Shown here piece after piece: positions 5,301 through 7,819 of a stretch of 7,819 nt of DNA; position 1 is the first letter of the stretch, and the number at the start of each line of letters is the position of its first letter. The translations under genes and the position numbers were made by a program. The notes under the pieces are model-generated. The model saw nothing but the letters and a program-made list of their open reading frames with translations, had not been told where the DNA came from and ran no database searches. The stretch is from Naegleria gruberi (taxonomy: Eukaryota): NCBI GenBank assembly GCA_000004985.1, contig GG739101.1, one strand, 5' to 3'.

Positions 5301-7819
5301 TTACATGTCTTCCATAATGTTAATGGCCATATCAAAAGCTTGAGTAGCAGCCTCATTATTATACGAAATAATATTTCCAGTTGAATTATTTCCGGATGGA
5401 TTGTATTGACTTAAAACAGTAATTGCAATATGATTATTGCAATTATTGTTGCAAGGAGTGGATTCAGGGTTAGAGTGAATCAATTCTTCAGAAGATACTA
5501 AGGAACATGGTGGGTATGGTTGTTTCAAAAAGTTAATATATGATTGTGTTCTCCTTTCAACAAAATGAAATTTCATATCGAAATAGTTGCACAGCATTAA
5601 CTTTTTCAATCTCGGTATCAAAAACTGAATTAACATTTGATCTTTAAATCCAGGAAACATTCGATCAAGATATGATTCTTTACCGCCATTATGAGAAGTA
5701 TGAGACATAAATTCCTTATCATCAATATGAGCACTTTCAAAACCTTGAGTTTCGTATGGCTTGATAGTTTTGTAAAATTTCAATAAATCTGGCACATGAT
5801 GAAATAAAATGTGTAAATACCAACTTTTTGGTTTCGTTGTGTATACAGTACAATACAGCTTCTCCATTTTACCCAAAAGAATGGATAATCTTTCTTGTTG
5901 ATTCTCATTTAAAGGTTGGGAAATATCAAGCAGATTTGAAATACTACGAAATAATATCAGAAGGGTGTATTGACTACCACAAATATGACCTCTTAAGCAT
6001 TTAAGGTTTTTAAATACGGATTTAACCATATTTCCAGTAAGATAGCACCTGTACATCACCCCTTTTTTGGTTTTGAGTTCACGAAGAGTGAATCTTTCCA
6101 TGTGTTCCATTTTTTTCAAAATGCTAATAACCTTTCTGTTACTACTTAATAACATTATGGAATCAATTAGTAGTCTTTCAACAACTCTCTCTTTCATATG
6201 TAATAGACAAATTATTACTTTGGAGGGAGGAATTGAAAGTATACATCCTAATTCTGTTGCTAATCTAAGTTGATGACGTCTGTCACAAATGGTTGAAAGT
6301 GTCATACAGTAAGGACACATTTGTTTGAAAAGTAATCTACTGATTTTCATTAAGGAAAGTAAATCAGTAGTAACCCAAAAATCAACTTGATAAACAACTC
6401 CATCTACTTCAACACCCTGCTCTCGCATCGTTTCAATCATGAACTTTATCCCATCAGATATTGAACGAAGCTTTTCTTCGCCACCTCTCCATCCAGCAAT
6501 TGGAAAAACATTTTCTCTTGATTTTGGATTTCCAAATGCTTTTGAATTAATTAATTGTAAAGCAAATGTCACCAATCCATCAGCCCCATCAAGATTTAAA
6601 AGATAAATGAATTTCTTTTTAAGAAGATCCAAATCTTCCTTCAAAATATAATCAGAGAGGTGTTTGTCTGCCTTAATTAACTTTACCCACCTTACATGGT
6701 ATCGAATTGTCTCTTTTACCATATGTAAAATATTTACCAAAACCATATTTTCCTCTAAACTCACTCTAATATCAAAGTCTTCAATGGTTTTGATGTTTAA
6801 AATGGAATTTGCCTTACTCAATGTAGATTTACAAACAGTGCCACATTTAGAAATTTGTGTAAAACTTCCATAATTTACGTCAGACATTTTAGACTCTAAT
6901 TTTGCATACGAATCCTTGATCATCTCCTTGGTCAAATAAAAGTCATTATTCCTTGGTTTTTTAGAAGATGATTCTACACCCGCTTCATGTCTTTCACCAT
7001 TCTTCTCAACCTCTCTCTCCTCCAATAGTTTATCATATGCTTCCTCTTCATCATTCACATCCACCCAATCATTGTCATTATCTTCAATACCATTGTCTTG
7101 ACTTTGATTGCCAATTAATTCATCTCTTTTTCGTTTCAATTGCTCATTAGAAGGTGTTTCATCATTCTCATCTTGTAACAATTCACTTTCTTTTGAATGT
7201 GTATTTTCTTGTGTTTGTACTGTTGGAGTTGATTTTGTTGAATTGATTCTTTCAATTGCAACACCATTATTGAACTCTGTAAAATCATCTGCACTATCTG
7301 ATACATCTGACACTTCCATACCAGCATTCACACTTCTGACAATTAATGGCCTTTCCTTTTCAGACTTGGTGGAATACATAGTTACGTACGGGTCTAGCTG
7401 ATGTAAAGGTTCTTTTAGGGTGGTTTGTTTGATTCTTGATAAAAGAACTTCCTTTAATGGAAAATTATTGAAAATGGAAATGAATTGGTCCTCAAAACAA
7501 TTCATAAAAAAATGTAAAAAACTTTCAAAATTCAAATAACCATGATTGAACAACAACAACTCAAACCCAAATAAAAGTTTACCCAATGAACTTTTCGAGG
7601 AACTTTTTGCTTTGACATTGTTTACAATATTAGAAATATTTTTTTGATGGTTGCTGTTAATAACTGATTTACCACAAGTAACCAAATTACATCCTTTTAC
7701 TGAACTATGTGCCATAAATTTGGCACAAGATTTGATGATTTGTTCATTTTCCAATCCAAAATGATATTTAACATCAAAAATAGCTGCATGATTACCAATA
7801 GTGCCAGTAGTTGTAATGA
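5301..7819 (-). CDS. Large hypothetical protein (more than 839 aa, 5' end outside the window) with a DDE/RNase-H-fold transposase-like core (MULE/hAT/Transib-like); a possible DNA-transposon transposase or a domesticated derivative
   Basis: The open frame runs uninterrupted from the window edge at 7819 to TAA at 5301-5303. The ORF-track Met at 7754 is a TTG, and the frame is open upstream of it. Central block: FIYLLNLDGADGLVTFALQLINSKAFGNPKSRENVFPIAGWRGGEEKLRSISDGIKFMIETM...VVYQVDFWVTTDLLSLMKISRLLFKQMCPYCMTLSTICDRRH. This reads as hhxxDGxxx (first Asp strand), then FP-hAhhW, then an acidic helix, then hhhTTD (second Asp), then CxxC about 18 aa later. That spacing is characteristic of MULE/hAT/RAG1-Transib-type transposases. 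Further Cys/His clusters (KCLRGHICGSQY, CNNNCNNH) are consistent with zinc-binding modules. An acidic low-complexity linker (DENDETPSNEQ...NDNDWVDVNDEEE) lies N-terminal of the core. The superfamily assignment is by motif pattern only. Confidence 0.5.
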   Translation of the reverse strand, partial: ITTTGTIGNHAAIFDVKYHFGLENEQIIKSCAKFMAHSSVKGCNLVTCGKSVINSNHQKNISNIVNNVKAKSSSKSSLGKLLFGFELLLFNHGYLNFESFLHFFMNCFEDQFISIFNNFPLKEVLLSRIKQTTLKEPLHQLDPYVTMYSTKSEKERPLIVRSVNAGMEVSDVSDSADDFTEFNNGVAIERINSTKSTPTVQTQENTHSKESELLQDENDETPSNEQLKRKRDELIGNQSQDNGIEDNDNDWVDVNDEEEAYDKLLEEREVEKNGERHEAGVESSSKKPRNNDFYLTKEMIKDSYAKLESKMSDVNYGSFTQISKCGTVCKSTLSKANSILNIKTIEDFDIRVSLEENMVLVNILHMVKETIRYHVRWVKLIKADKHLSDYILKEDLDLLKKKFIYLLNLDGADGLVTFALQLINSKAFGNPKSRENVFPIAGWRGGEEKLRSISDGIKFMIETMREQGVEVDGVVYQVDFWVTTDLLSLMKISRLLFKQMCPYCMTLSTICDRRHQLRLATELGCILSIPPSKVIICLLHMKERVVERLLIDSIMLLSSNRKVISILKKMEHMERFTLRELKTKKGVMYRCYLTGNMVKSVFKNLKCLRGHICGSQYTLLILFRSISNLLDISQPLNENQQERLSILLGKMEKLYCTVYTTKPKSWYLHILFHHVPDLLKFYKTIKPYETQGFESAHIDDKEFMSHTSHNGGKESYLDRMFPGFKDQMLIQFLIPRLKKLMLCNYFDMKFHFVERRTQSYINFLKQPYPPCSLVSSEELIHSNPESTPCNNNCNNHIAITVLSQYNPSGNNSTGNIISYNNEAATQAFDMAINIMEDM

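Noticed and set aside
5039-5356. 105-aa minus-strand ORF overlapping the 3' end of the large transposase-like ORF
   Set aside because: Its first 18 codons overlap the 5301..7819 CDS in another frame and it starts with a non-ATG. Only the ATG-initiated 55-codon tail (5039..5206) is considered, and only as a low-confidence finding.
6067-7401. Several 60-97 aa plus-strand ORFs (6067..6273, 6664..6873, 6968..7150, 7108..7401) and minus 7136..7327
   Set aside because: All lie inside the long minus-strand CDS in alternative frames or on the antisense strand. They are expected by chance in AT-rich coding DNA.

Overview
The window looks eukaryotic and budding-yeast-like: AT-rich, short intergenic regions, Q/N-rich proteins and A-rich ATG contexts. 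On the minus strand there is a complete 342-aa Q/N-rich protein gene (11..1039), possibly a transcription-factor-like protein. It shares a 280-bp divergent promoter with a plus-strand gene starting at 1320. That gene shows 126 aa of unidentifiable sequence and then runs into a 1074-nt run of N (1699..2772). Further along on the minus strand is a clearly recognisable methionyl-tRNA synthetase sequence of the bacterial/mitochondrial type, identified by the KMSKCLGN and [13 protein letters not shown] motifs. It is broken by several 1-bp frameshifts, at least one in-frame stop inside a conserved motif, and a TG-rich insertion, so I read it as a pseudogene. The 3' end of the window holds a long intact minus-strand ORF (5301..7819+, more than 839 aa, with its 5' end beyond the window). 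Its central domain has the layout of an RNase-H-fold DDE transposase of the MULE/hAT/Transib kind. There are no prokaryotic features, no tRNA or rRNA, and no CRISPR array. The main points of interest are an intact transposase-like gene beside a decayed synthetase gene, a frame-preserving masked block, a short GC-rich hairpin island in the transposase gene's 3' flank, and a repeated CACCAAAGC motif.
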